A stretch of 64,000 bases of DNA from NCBI GenBank assembly GCA_964629085.1, contig CAZVPR010000009.1, positions 2,119 to 66,118 on the forward strand, given 5' to 3'. The notes beneath the pieces are model-generated. The model was given only the letters and a program-made list of their open reading frames with translations, was not told the DNA's origin and ran no database searches. Shown piece after piece: positions 54,514 to 62,515 of this stretch (positions are counted from its first letter, which is position 1; every line of letters starts with the position of its first letter). Origin of the DNA: an uncultured Anaerolineales bacterium. GTDB lineage: Bacteria; Chloroflexota; Anaerolineae; Anaerolineales; UBA11858. The position numbers and the translations under genes are program-made.

Positions 54514-55860
54514 TTATTTTTTATATGCGATGGGAATTGTGACACCACCATTACGAGGTTGCAGGGCCAGAATGAATTGTGGCTGCATGCTGCGCCCAGG
54601 GACGGGCTGAAAATACCAGTCTTGCATAATCGTTGCGATGGTCAATACCCCGGTCATCCTGACCAGATGTTCCCCAATGCATTGACGGAGGCCGGCTCCA
54701 AAGGGGAAAAACGCCATTTTGGGGCGTTGTCCTCGCGACTCGGGTGTCCAACGTTCGGGCCGGAATCTGAATGGATGGGGGTAATACCGTGGATCATGGT
54801 GGGTGACCCACTGGCTGAGAAGCACGGTCGTGTTTGCGGGAATGGCATAGCCACCAATTTCTACTTCCTCGGTGGTCTCTCGACCGATGATCCAGGCTGG
54901 GGGATACAGGCGCAGACTCTCGGTGAAGACCATGCGGGTGTATTCCAAAGGGTTGATATCATCTGCCTGAGCGCTGCGACCACCCAAAACGGAATCCAGT
55001 TCCTTTTTCAGCGCCATAGCGACGACAGGATATTGACTTAGTAAAGAAAAAGTCCTGGCCAGTGTACTTACGCTGGTTCCGTGCCCTGCTATGAATAATG
55101 TGATCAAAAGATCGCGCAATTGCTGGCCCGTTACGCGATCGCCTTGAATTAGATTCGATAGAACATCAGATTTGATAACGCCATTCTTGCGTTCGGCAAT
55201 ATTTTCATCCATGAATTCGTTCAATCGAACTTTGGCTTGGCGAGTTTGCCAGTGACTGAACAGCCTAAATGATGGGGTTTTTCGGAGCAATAATGCCGGG
55301 GAGATGAAGTTTTCGACATAATCGAGCAGGGTTTTGAAATCTCGTTGAAGTTGGGCGTTTTGTTGACTCACTGATTCGTTAAACAGAAACTCTGCAATGA
55401 TATCCATTGTCAGGTCGGACATTTCATTAATCAGGTCAATAGGCTGGCCAGCGGCGTTTTCTCGCCAGGACTGACTCATATCGCTGGCCAACGATACAAT
55501 CACCCGGTCGAATTGGTTGTGTACTTGTTGATGGAAAATTGGCTGCAGAATGCGTCGCTGTTGCAGATGCAGTTGACCTTCATTGGTGAGCAAGCTTTCC
55601 CCTAGCAACAGGCGGGTTTGTTGAACGAAGCGTTCTTTGGTGAAAGAATGTTGCTGCTTAACGAGCACTTCGTAAATGAAGTCGGGGTGGTTGAAAAGGT
55701 AAACATGACGCCCTGCAAGCCGAAAATGAACGATATCGCCATATCGCTTCGCCAACTCCAGCATTGTGTTAGGTAAATTCGATGCAAATTTTCCCTGATG
55801 CAGCAATGGAATGCGTCCTTTTGGGCCAGGGGGGAATTTATTTTGCGATTGGCGGGTCAT
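54514..55860 (-). CDS. Cytochrome P450
   Basis: Heme-thiolate loop FPFGAGLRQCIGEHL, plus ExxR (ESLR) and AGHGT I-helix motifs. The start is moved to the ATG at 55860, 5 nt after an AGGAGAA RBS on the minus strand; listed start was 55914. Confidence 0.9.
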   Translation of the reverse strand: MTRQSQNKFPPGPKGRIPLLHQGKFASNLPNTMLELAKRYGDIVHFRLAGRHVYLFNHPDFIYEVLVKQQHSFTKERFVQQTRLLLGESLLTNEGQLHLQQRRILQPIFHQQVHNQFDRVIVSLASDMSQSWRENAAGQPIDLINEMSDLTMDIIAEFLFNESVSQQNAQLQRDFKTLLDYVENFISPALLLRKTPSFRLFSHWQTRQAKVRLNEFMDENIAERKNGVIKSDVLSNLIQGDRVTGQQLRDLLITLFIAGHGTSVSTLARTFSLLSQYPVVAMALKKELDSVLGGRSAQADDINPLEYTRMVFTESLRLYPPAWIIGRETTEEVEIGGYAIPANTTVLLSQWVTHHDPRYYPHPFRFRPERWTPESRGQRPKMAFFPFGAGLRQCIGEHLVRMTGVLTIATIMQDWYFQPVPGRSMQPQFILALQPRNGGVTIPIAYKK

Positions 55861-56075
55861 CGGGTTCTCCTGTACGCTTGTTCCAAGTATACGTACAAGA
55901 TGACCGCTTGCCATCCTACAAAGAGAGGGATTTAGGGGCCTACTTTTGGAGGGGAGTTAATTAGGAATGAAGAATTGTGATTGGGGACGCAGTTTTTTAC
56001 CGCAGAGTACGCAAAGATAGATTAAAAAAATCATATTATCTTTGTGCTCTTCGCGGACTTGGCGGTGAAATTTTT

Positions 56076-56729
56076 CTATTGAGGTAAGTCGGGGAGGTCG
56101 TCGGGATCGACGAGGCCGTAGCGCACGGCCAGCAGGGCAGCCTGGGTGCGGTCGCTGATATGCAGCTTGCTCAGGATGGTGCTGACATAGCCTTTGATGG
56201 TGGTATCGGCCACGACCAATTCGTCGGCGATCTCTTTATTGCTCATGCCCCGCGCAAGGCAACGCAGCACATCTTCTTCACGAGGAGTTAAATCTGCGAA
56301 AGGATCGTCAGGAGCAGGCATCTTTTTCATCAAACGGCGGGCGATCTTGGGGTGTAATTGTGGGTCTCCGCTGGCGGCGCCGCGCACGGCCTTGACCAGT
56401 TCGTCCCCGCCAATATCCTTGAGCAGATATCCGTTGGCTCCGGCTTTGAGAGCGGCAAAAAGTTCGGGATCATCCCCAAAACTACTCAACATCAGGATGG
56501 CGATATTTGGATGCGTGCTGTGGATAGCCTGAGTGGCCTGGATGCCATCGACCTCCGGCATTTTGACATCCATCAGGATTACATCCGGATTGACACTCCC
56601 CGCCAAATCGATAGCTTCTTGGCCGTTGCAACCCTCACCAACCAGTTCCAGGTCGGCTTCTGCCTGAATAGTCATGCGCAGCCCTTTGCGCACTATTTCG
56701 TGATCGTCAATAACAATTACTTTGATCAT
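56076..56729 (-). CDS. Two-component response regulator, NarL/LuxR family
   Basis: 217 aa. REC domain (VIVIDDHEIVR..DVILMDVKMPEVDG) plus a C-terminal LuxR HTH (LTPREEDVLRCLARGMSNKEIADEL). Confidence 0.9.
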   Translation of the reverse strand: MIKVIVIDDHEIVRKGLRMTIQAEADLELVGEGCNGQEAIDLAGSVNPDVILMDVKMPEVDGIQATQAIHSTHPNIAILMLSSFGDDPELFAALKAGANGYLLKDIGGDELVKAVRGAASGDPQLHPKIARRLMKKMPAPDDPFADLTPREEDVLRCLARGMSNKEIADELVVADTTIKGYVSTILSKLHISDRTQAALLAVRYGLVDPDDLPDLPQ

Positions 56730-56784
56730 TGGATAAGGTATCAGGTGCTTGGGTGTCAGGTATCAAGGACTGTAGTTTGGGTGG

Positions 56785-58797
56785 CTAGCTGTTCCCGAGG
56801 GGGAAACGCGCTTCAATGGTGGTGCCTTTTCCCTGTAACGATTGAATCTCGATTGTACCATTCAAGCTGATGGCGCGCTCTCGCATGCCGCGCAAACCAA
56901 AATGACCTTGGGGAAGTTTCTTCTCCATAGAGAAACCTCTGCCCTGGTCTACAACGCGGACGATAAGCTGGGTGTTGATTTGCGTTGCAGAACAAGTGGC
57001 CTCGGTGACGCCGCTGTGTTTAGCGGCATTGATCAGCGCTTCACGGATAATGGCCGATACTTCATTGGCCAGGGTAGCAGGGATCAGAATGGAACTTGGT
57101 AATTGCAAGCTGACTCTCAACTTGTGGTTGGATTCCATTTCTTGGCATAAGGTCTCGATTCGCGCATTGAACTCCACCAGGCCTTGAACGGTGACCAGTT
57201 CCTGGGGATTCCGCAGTTGTTGTAACAAGGCGCGCATTTCCGTTGAAGCGTCCTGAGCCGACTGTTCTAACCCGATCAATTCATGACCTGCGGTTTCGAT
57301 ATCTTTATACAATAATCCCCGGATGACGCGGGCGTTTAGGTTGATGCCAAAGAGAGTTTGGGTAACAGAATCGTGCAACTCGCGGGCCAGGCGTTGTCGT
57401 TCTTCCAGTACCGCCAGGGCACGTTGTTGGTTGAGTACCTGATTGGTGCGTTCCTGTACACGGGTCTCCAATTGACGGTTGAGGGCATTTATTTCTTCGA
57501 TGGTCTCTGCATAGGCCAAGGCCAGAGCGGCCTGTCCAACCAGGCTGATGAGTTGAGCCTGCTCGTCTTGGCTGAAGGATGGACCCGCCCTGCGAGGCCC
57601 CAACCAATAGCGCCCAAAAGAAGACCCAGCAACAATCAATTGAGCATTCCAGGAGGGTTCGCTCTCGAAATCACCTGGTACGTCGGGGGCGGGAGCCAGG
57701 GAAAGCCAGCCCCAGTCGGCCCCGATCTGTTCTGGAAAGTCCTGGGTCAATAAATTTATGATTTGCTCTCGGTCGATGACTTGAGCTAATTTTTCGTGGG
57801 ACTGCTCTACCGCGGCTTGAAATATAAGCCGATCAGGATAAAGAAGTTGGTCGATCCAATGCTGCAATCGCCCTCTGAGGGGTTCAAAGGCCGCGGCAGC
57901 AGCCAGCACCCCGATCACTGCTGCCAGCCCGCGGAATTGAGGCCAGGTTTGCGCCAGGATGGCTGTCAGGGAGACGGTCAAACCCAAATAACCAGCCAGC
58001 AGAACAATCGAAAGGCTGGTGTAAGCCAGGGCCCGCCTTAGGGCTGCGTCGATATCAAAAAGATCGGTACGCAGGATGGCATAAGTAACGCCCAGGGGTA
58101 GGAAAATTTGGGGCGCCAGGGCCAGATTGTATGTTACCCGTTGATCCTGTATGGCGATCAATCCCAATCGTAAAAACAGGCCACTGTTAGCCAGCAACAG
58201 GCTGAAGATCAGCAAGCGGGCTTGTTGTGCTGCCCGGCGATGCTCTGGATTGGGGTTACGGCTGGTTTCTACCAACTGCCGCAAGGCCCAAGCGACCATA
58301 ACCATTAGCCAGATCACCATCAGGCCAAAAATCCATTTCTTTATTTCGCCGGGCGGAACCAGGAAAAAGATCACCACCAGCGCAGTAGTCAACCCATACA
58401 TTCCACCTATGATCCAATTTGGTTGTGAACTCCGCCGGGGAAAGAGGCTCGTCAGGTGAGCGAGCAAAGGTCCCATGGCCGCGCCATTCAGCAGCCGGAA
58501 AATCATATGTGTAGAGATATCCTCTGGTTGAGGGCCGAATTTCATGATGTCATTGAGCGGGGGCTCAAAGGGGATCAGCAAAAAGCAGGCAAAAACAGTC
58601 GCCAGGCAGCTTGCCAACAGGTGTTCGTAGCCAGGGCGCAGAAGGGCAGGCAGCAAGCCGGTGCTTAAGATTATGGCCGAGATCAGCGCAGAAAACACCG
58701 TCACGGGGGCTTTACCCAAAATCAGCGCGGCGGCTAACCCCAAGGATTCAATAATCAGCAGAATGAGTAGCGGCCAAAGAGATTTATATTTCCTCAT
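56785..58797 (-). CDS. Membrane sensor histidine kinase (HisKA_3 + HATPase_c, NarX/LiaS type)
   Basis: 670 aa with an N-terminal polytopic membrane domain. H-box RLARELHDSVTQTLFG. C-terminal ATPase motifs (NAAKHS, DQGRGF, GLRGMRERA). Confidence 0.85.
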   Translation of the reverse strand: MRKYKSLWPLLILLIIESLGLAAALILGKAPVTVFSALISAIILSTGLLPALLRPGYEHLLASCLATVFACFLLIPFEPPLNDIMKFGPQPEDISTHMIFRLLNGAAMGPLLAHLTSLFPRRSSQPNWIIGGMYGLTTALVVIFFLVPPGEIKKWIFGLMVIWLMVMVAWALRQLVETSRNPNPEHRRAAQQARLLIFSLLLANSGLFLRLGLIAIQDQRVTYNLALAPQIFLPLGVTYAILRTDLFDIDAALRRALAYTSLSIVLLAGYLGLTVSLTAILAQTWPQFRGLAAVIGVLAAAAAFEPLRGRLQHWIDQLLYPDRLIFQAAVEQSHEKLAQVIDREQIINLLTQDFPEQIGADWGWLSLAPAPDVPGDFESEPSWNAQLIVAGSSFGRYWLGPRRAGPSFSQDEQAQLISLVGQAALALAYAETIEEINALNRQLETRVQERTNQVLNQQRALAVLEERQRLARELHDSVTQTLFGINLNARVIRGLLYKDIETAGHELIGLEQSAQDASTEMRALLQQLRNPQELVTVQGLVEFNARIETLCQEMESNHKLRVSLQLPSSILIPATLANEVSAIIREALINAAKHSGVTEATCSATQINTQLIVRVVDQGRGFSMEKKLPQGHFGLRGMRERAISLNGTIEIQSLQGKGTTIEARFPLGNS

Positions 58798-58924
58798 CAG
58801 GTCTCTATTATAAGTGATTCAGTTAATGGGTTGAACTCTTGATCCTTGCGCGAATTCAGCTTTGAATGCATAATCAAGTTTCTTGGTTGGGAATTTATAG
58901 GCGTATGAGTTTTGAATTTATCAA

Positions 58925-60193
58925 ATGATTTCTGAGAAAGCACACTGGTTGGGAAAAAGGGTCAAATTTTTTTACGGTTGGGTCATTTTGCCCATTTCAA
59001 CCTTGGGAGCATTTTTCACCAGCCCGGGTCAGACCTATATGGTCTCGGTATTCAATCCCTCTCTGCGTACTGATCTTGGGCTGAGCTTGACTCAACTCAC
59101 CGGGGCTTATATGCTTGGGACAGTGCTGGCCTCGTTCCCACAATCGTATATCGGGCAGTGGGCAGATCGCGTGGGTCTCCGCAAAATGCTCTTAATTATC
59201 ACCAGTCTGTTTTCCCTGGCTTGTTTATTTATCGCTCAAGTCCAAAAATTGCCGATGCTCTTTGTGGCTTTCTTCTTCTTGCGTCTGCTGGGGCAGGGGG
59301 CGTTGGAACTGCTTTCGGTGAATATGCTGCCGATGTGGTTTCGTGAAAAGCTGGGATCTATTTCTGGGATCAAAAATGTTGTTGTCAATTTGATGATTGG
59401 GATTGTGCCCCTGAGTATCTTGGCGTTGATTGGACGAGTTGGCTGGCGGACGACCTATAGGCTGGCCGGGGCTACAGTGTTTTTAATTTTTATTCCGGTG
59501 GTTTATTATTTCTATATTAATCGTCCCGAAGAGATCGGACAAACATTGGATGGCAATGGGAAAACTCAAAAGGGGCCATCTTTGGCAGGTTCCCAGCCCG
59601 GAAGCGAATTCACACTCAAAGGGGCCATGCGCACGCCTGCCTACTGGATTTTGACCCTGTCCTGGTTCGCCTGGTCTGCTATCGCCACAGCGATCACGTT
59701 CAACTTGTTGCCAATTTTCACATCCAAAGGATTGACTGAACAGCAGGCCGCAGCTAGCTATACGATTTTGATGGTCGTATCGGCGGCATTCCAGATTATT
59801 GGAGGCGTGATTGCCGACCGGGTGCCGCTGCGTTGGATGGCTTTTGGCACTTTAGGATTGTATGGACTGGCCGTGCTAGCGCTGATCTACGTTCCGGTGG
59901 GCTCTGTTGTTCTGGTGTATTCCATCATTCTGGGGATGGCGCAGGGGCTGTTCGGTGGCCTGGGGAATACCGTTTGGGTGCGTTATTTTGGGCGCGAGAA
60001 CCTGGGCAGGATCCGCGGCAGTGTCTGGACAGCAGCTGTGGCTGGAAGCAGCATCGGTCCTTTTCTGATGGGTCTCTCCTTTGATCGCAGTGGGGATTTC
60101 TTCACTTCGCTGATGGTTATTGCGGTATGCCTATTTTGCCTGGCGATGGCCGGAGTTTGGGCCAGACCGCCGGATTTGAAACCGGCAGGATAA
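58925..60193 (+). CDS. MFS transporter
   Basis: 422 aa with about 12 hydrophobic helices and an MFS-like loop motif (GQWADRVGLRK). Divergent from the kinase gene. Confidence 0.85.
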   Translation: MISEKAHWLGKRVKFFYGWVILPISTLGAFFTSPGQTYMVSVFNPSLRTDLGLSLTQLTGAYMLGTVLASFPQSYIGQWADRVGLRKMLLIITSLFSLACLFIAQVQKLPMLFVAFFFLRLLGQGALELLSVNMLPMWFREKLGSISGIKNVVVNLMIGIVPLSILALIGRVGWRTTYRLAGATVFLIFIPVVYYFYINRPEEIGQTLDGNGKTQKGPSLAGSQPGSEFTLKGAMRTPAYWILTLSWFAWSAIATAITFNLLPIFTSKGLTEQQAAASYTILMVVSAAFQIIGGVIADRVPLRWMAFGTLGLYGLAVLALIYVPVGSVVLVYSIILGMAQGLFGGLGNTVWVRYFGRENLGRIRGSVWTAAVAGSSIGPFLMGLSFDRSGDFFTSLMVIAVCLFCLAMAGVWARPPDLKPAG

Positions 60194-60238
60194 TGCATGA
60201 AATTGTAAAGAGGGGATTTTAAACGATTCAAACAAAGA

Positions 60239-60270
60239 CTTCCGAAATCTGCATGATTTTGGAAGTTTTT
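60239..60270 (+). terminator. Rho-independent terminator after the MFS gene
   Basis: CTTCCGAAAT (60239-60248) / ATTTTGGAAG (60256-60265) stem with one G-U pair and a 7-nt loop, followed by TTTTT. Confidence 0.6.
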
Positions 60271-60311
60271 GTGATAGACCATTCCCTCGCAAATTTAATA
60301 TTTAATTTCGC

Positions 60312-60479
60312 AATTAATGTGCTATACTGACGTCAATAAGGGCAAATTGGCAGGAATGATGGAAGATCATTTATAACGGGAAGAAACGCATTCAAGTACG
60401 CATTTTCTCCCAACAAACCCCAAACGTCGCTGCAACCATTCTAACAGGGGCTTTTGCCATGTCATATTGGAGGTCTAAG
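60312..60479 (+). promoter_or_regulatory. Extended -10 promoter + ~145-nt conserved 5' leader, copy A
   Basis: AATTAATGTGCTATACTG contains TGcTATACT (-10 at 60323-60328). The leader ends in GGGGCTTTTGCCAT..ATATTGGAGGTCTAAG-ATG. A second copy at 62162-62330 has the same length (157 vs 158 nt from -10 to ATG). Confidence 0.45.
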
Positions 60480-60872
60480 ATGGCGAAGAAAATTAAAATG
60501 TGGCGAAAACTGGGTCCCCGCCTGACACCAGCTACACCCATGGAATCTGAAGATGTGGTCGACAATCTGGTAGCAGCCACCAATGAATCCCGTGGCAGCC
60601 TCTTGAGCACGCTCTCGGAATTGGATGTGTTGCTCGAACGAGGCCTCAAATCAGGGCGTATTGTCAGGTTGCCAAATGGCACAACTTATCGACCTAGCAT
60701 CAATAAAGACGGCCATATCAAAGTCAGTGTCAAACTCCCCACCAGGGTACTCAAACGAATCAACAATGAGTTCCGCGGTGAAGTCACCAATGCCGCCAAT
60801 ATTGGCAAGACTCAGGCTGAGATGATCGCATTGTGGAATGAATCCTATCCTGAAGACCCTATCGATGAATAG
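60480..60872 (+). CDS. HU-related DNA-binding-like small protein (tentative)
   Basis: I prefer the start at ATG 60480, 6 nt after GGAGG; listed start was 60459. 130 aa. The pattern ..VVDNLVAATNESRGSLLSTLSELDVLLERGLKSGRIVRLPNGTTYRPSINKDGHIKVSVK.. resembles the HU_rel/IHF-like fold (helix-helix then beta-arm). Confidence 0.5.
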   Translation: MAKKIKMWRKLGPRLTPATPMESEDVVDNLVAATNESRGSLLSTLSELDVLLERGLKSGRIVRLPNGTTYRPSINKDGHIKVSVKLPTRVLKRINNEFRGEVTNAANIGKTQAEMIALWNESYPEDPIDE

Positions 60873-60886
60873 GTCTAATAATTTTA

Positions 60887-61067
60887 GGAGTTACGCAGAT
60901 CGCATCCTGCCCTTACAGGATGCTTCGCGAAGTAGTCCCCGCCGAAGGCGTGCCGTTGGCAAGGGACTGTATCGAAGGGCGGGAATGGGAAAAAATCGAC
61001 CCTTCGATACACCTTTGGCTACTCAGGATGCAATTTTCTCCTGGAAAGTTCTCAACTGCGTAACTCC
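60887..61067. mobile_element. MITE-like structured repeat, copy 2 (181 nt)
   Basis: 12-bp perfect TIR GGAGTTACGCAG (60887-60898) / CTGCGTAACTCC (61056-61067). The left half is collinear with copy 1. An internal ~42-nt segment is inverted relative to copy 1. Confidence 0.6.
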
Positions 61068-61398
61068 TGAATTAAAAAAAATGCCTTTGATTTTTAACTA
61101 ACAACGGGTTCCTTCCTTGAAATCAACTGGATATTTTTATAAATCAACCGGTTGATATCGCGAAGTTACGGGATAAGTTGAGTCAATTATCTGGTTATTT
61201 TTAAAAATCACGCCGATAAAATTCAAAAAAAAGGCGTTGATTTTTGAGAATCAAGCGGTAGATTAGATTCGATGTGTGATAGAGAGAGTATCGCCCAAGG
61301 CTATATGTCGTTTTGGAAAATATGGAGATGTTACAAGTTTGGCATCTCGCTATGTTTTCCGCCAAATAAACTACTGTCAGGCAAAAGGAGATAGAATA

Positions 61399-61866
61399 AT
61401 GAAATAACTGACCATTTTAATTACCTTATTTGTGATTGCTGCCCTATTTGGATCGGGCTGCAGAACGGAGCCAGAGGATGCTTTGGCAGACCTCTACGGA
61501 AAATGGGTTTCTGACGTCGTCACGATAAGTGGAGTGGGTTATTTCGATGGTACAGCAACCCATAATTTTGGCGATGACGGAAGCTATCGATGGGAGATCG
61601 ATTTTGCTGACCCGAATGCCGGATGTCAGATTACTCTTTACTATGCTGGTACTTTCACGGGCGATGAGACGACTTTGGAATTGACTCCAACAGAAGGAGA
61701 GGTCGAGGTTAACTCATGCGATGACGAAGCATCAAACGCTCCAAACCGAGCCTTCGGGGAAGAGGAAATCGCAGCCGCGGCTTCAAGCAGCGAATGGCTC
61801 ATCGAAGATGATACGCTCAAAATTATCCACGAAGATGGCCTGGATCGGGTATACCATCGCCCATAA
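61399..61866 (+). pseudogene. Small lipoprotein-like gene with in-frame TAA at codon 3
   Basis: AAAGGAGA RBS, then ATG(61399) AAA TAA(61405-61407) CTG ACC ATT ... In the same frame this reads MK*LTILITLFVIAALFGSGC-RTEPED..., a signal peptide with Cys. The track ORF starts at GTG 61432, inside the h-region. Confidence 0.5.
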
Positions 61867-62025
61867 GCGCAACTCGGATATTCATCAAACTCAAAGATGT
61901 GTCTACGGTGCTTTGTGATGTACAAAAATAGTGAGAAGCAAAGCTGGGTGATTGAGCTGACCGGGTTTTCCATATGATTAGAGAAGACCCGGCTGCTCAA
62001 ATTCAGTGCCACCGCCTCTTGTGGC

Positions 62026-62053
62026 TCAACCTGCCTGCGCAGGTTGAGTTTTA
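62026..62053 (+). terminator. Rho-independent terminator candidate
   Basis: CTCAACCTGC (62026-62035) / GCAGGTTGAG (62040-62049) form a perfect 10-bp stem with a 4-nt loop, then TTTT. Confidence 0.5.
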
Positions 62054-62161
62054 GTCGCCGAAAGACGACTTCGCTGGTGTCGGTGCAGTTCGGCATGCGC
62101 CCCTTTGGGGAACTGCCAAAAAAAACCGTGGCTCAAATTGAGAGATACTATTATTTTAGTA

Positions 62162-62330
62162 ATTAATATGCTATACTGTACCAAATTAGGGTAAATTGCG
62201 AACACTTACTGAAATATTGAACTTGTTGGGTAGAAACACACTCGCATACCTTTTCCCGAACAAACCCCCAAGCATCGCAGCATACTACATTCTGATAGGG
62301 GCTTTTGCCATTGAATATTGGAGGTCTAAG
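62162..62330 (+). promoter_or_regulatory. Extended -10 promoter + conserved 5' leader, copy B
   Basis: AATTAATATGCTATACTG (-10 at 62173-62178). The 3' ~70 nt are nearly identical to copy A, including GGGGCTTTTGCCAT and ATATTGGAGGTCTAAGATGGCGA. Followed only by a 6-codon ORF (62331-62351). Confidence 0.45.
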
Positions 62331-62430
62331 ATGGCGAGGATGATCAATTAGATACATGGTTGGTTCCCTGGTAGCTCCCTAACTCTCTATGAATTTTTTA
62401 AAGTGCCTAACACGAGTTAGTGAATTTCCA

Positions 62431-62454
62431 AGCGGATGCAAATTTGCATCCGCT
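62431..62454. promoter_or_regulatory. Perfect 24-bp palindrome (operator or hairpin candidate)
   Basis: AGCGGATGCAAA/TTTGCATCCGCT, 62 nt upstream of the ATG at 62516. Confidence 0.4.
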
Positions 62455-62515
62455 GTCATACTAGGGTATTGAAAATAATATAACGTTGGAATTTCAATTC
62501 TCGTAAGGAGGAAAC

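Noticed and set aside
53333-54610. + strand ORFs 53333..53683, 53809..54258 and 54140..54610, and - strand ORF 53373..53729.
   Set aside because: They overlap the 365-aa minus-strand gene, which has a convincing signal peptide and a consistent frame. Their products are low-complexity mirror translations.
55861-56075. Possible promoter or operator for the P450: TATACT box about 30 nt upstream on the minus strand, and a CTTGT..ACAAG inverted repeat at about 55874-55898.
   Set aside because: The -35 match is poor and the repeats are short. This is plausible but not supportable from sequence alone.
62087-62126. Hairpin GCAGTTC..GAACTGC followed by A8, considered as a terminator.
   Set aside because: On the + strand it is followed by A, not T. 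On the - strand the T-run precedes the stem. Neither orientation matches an intrinsic terminator.
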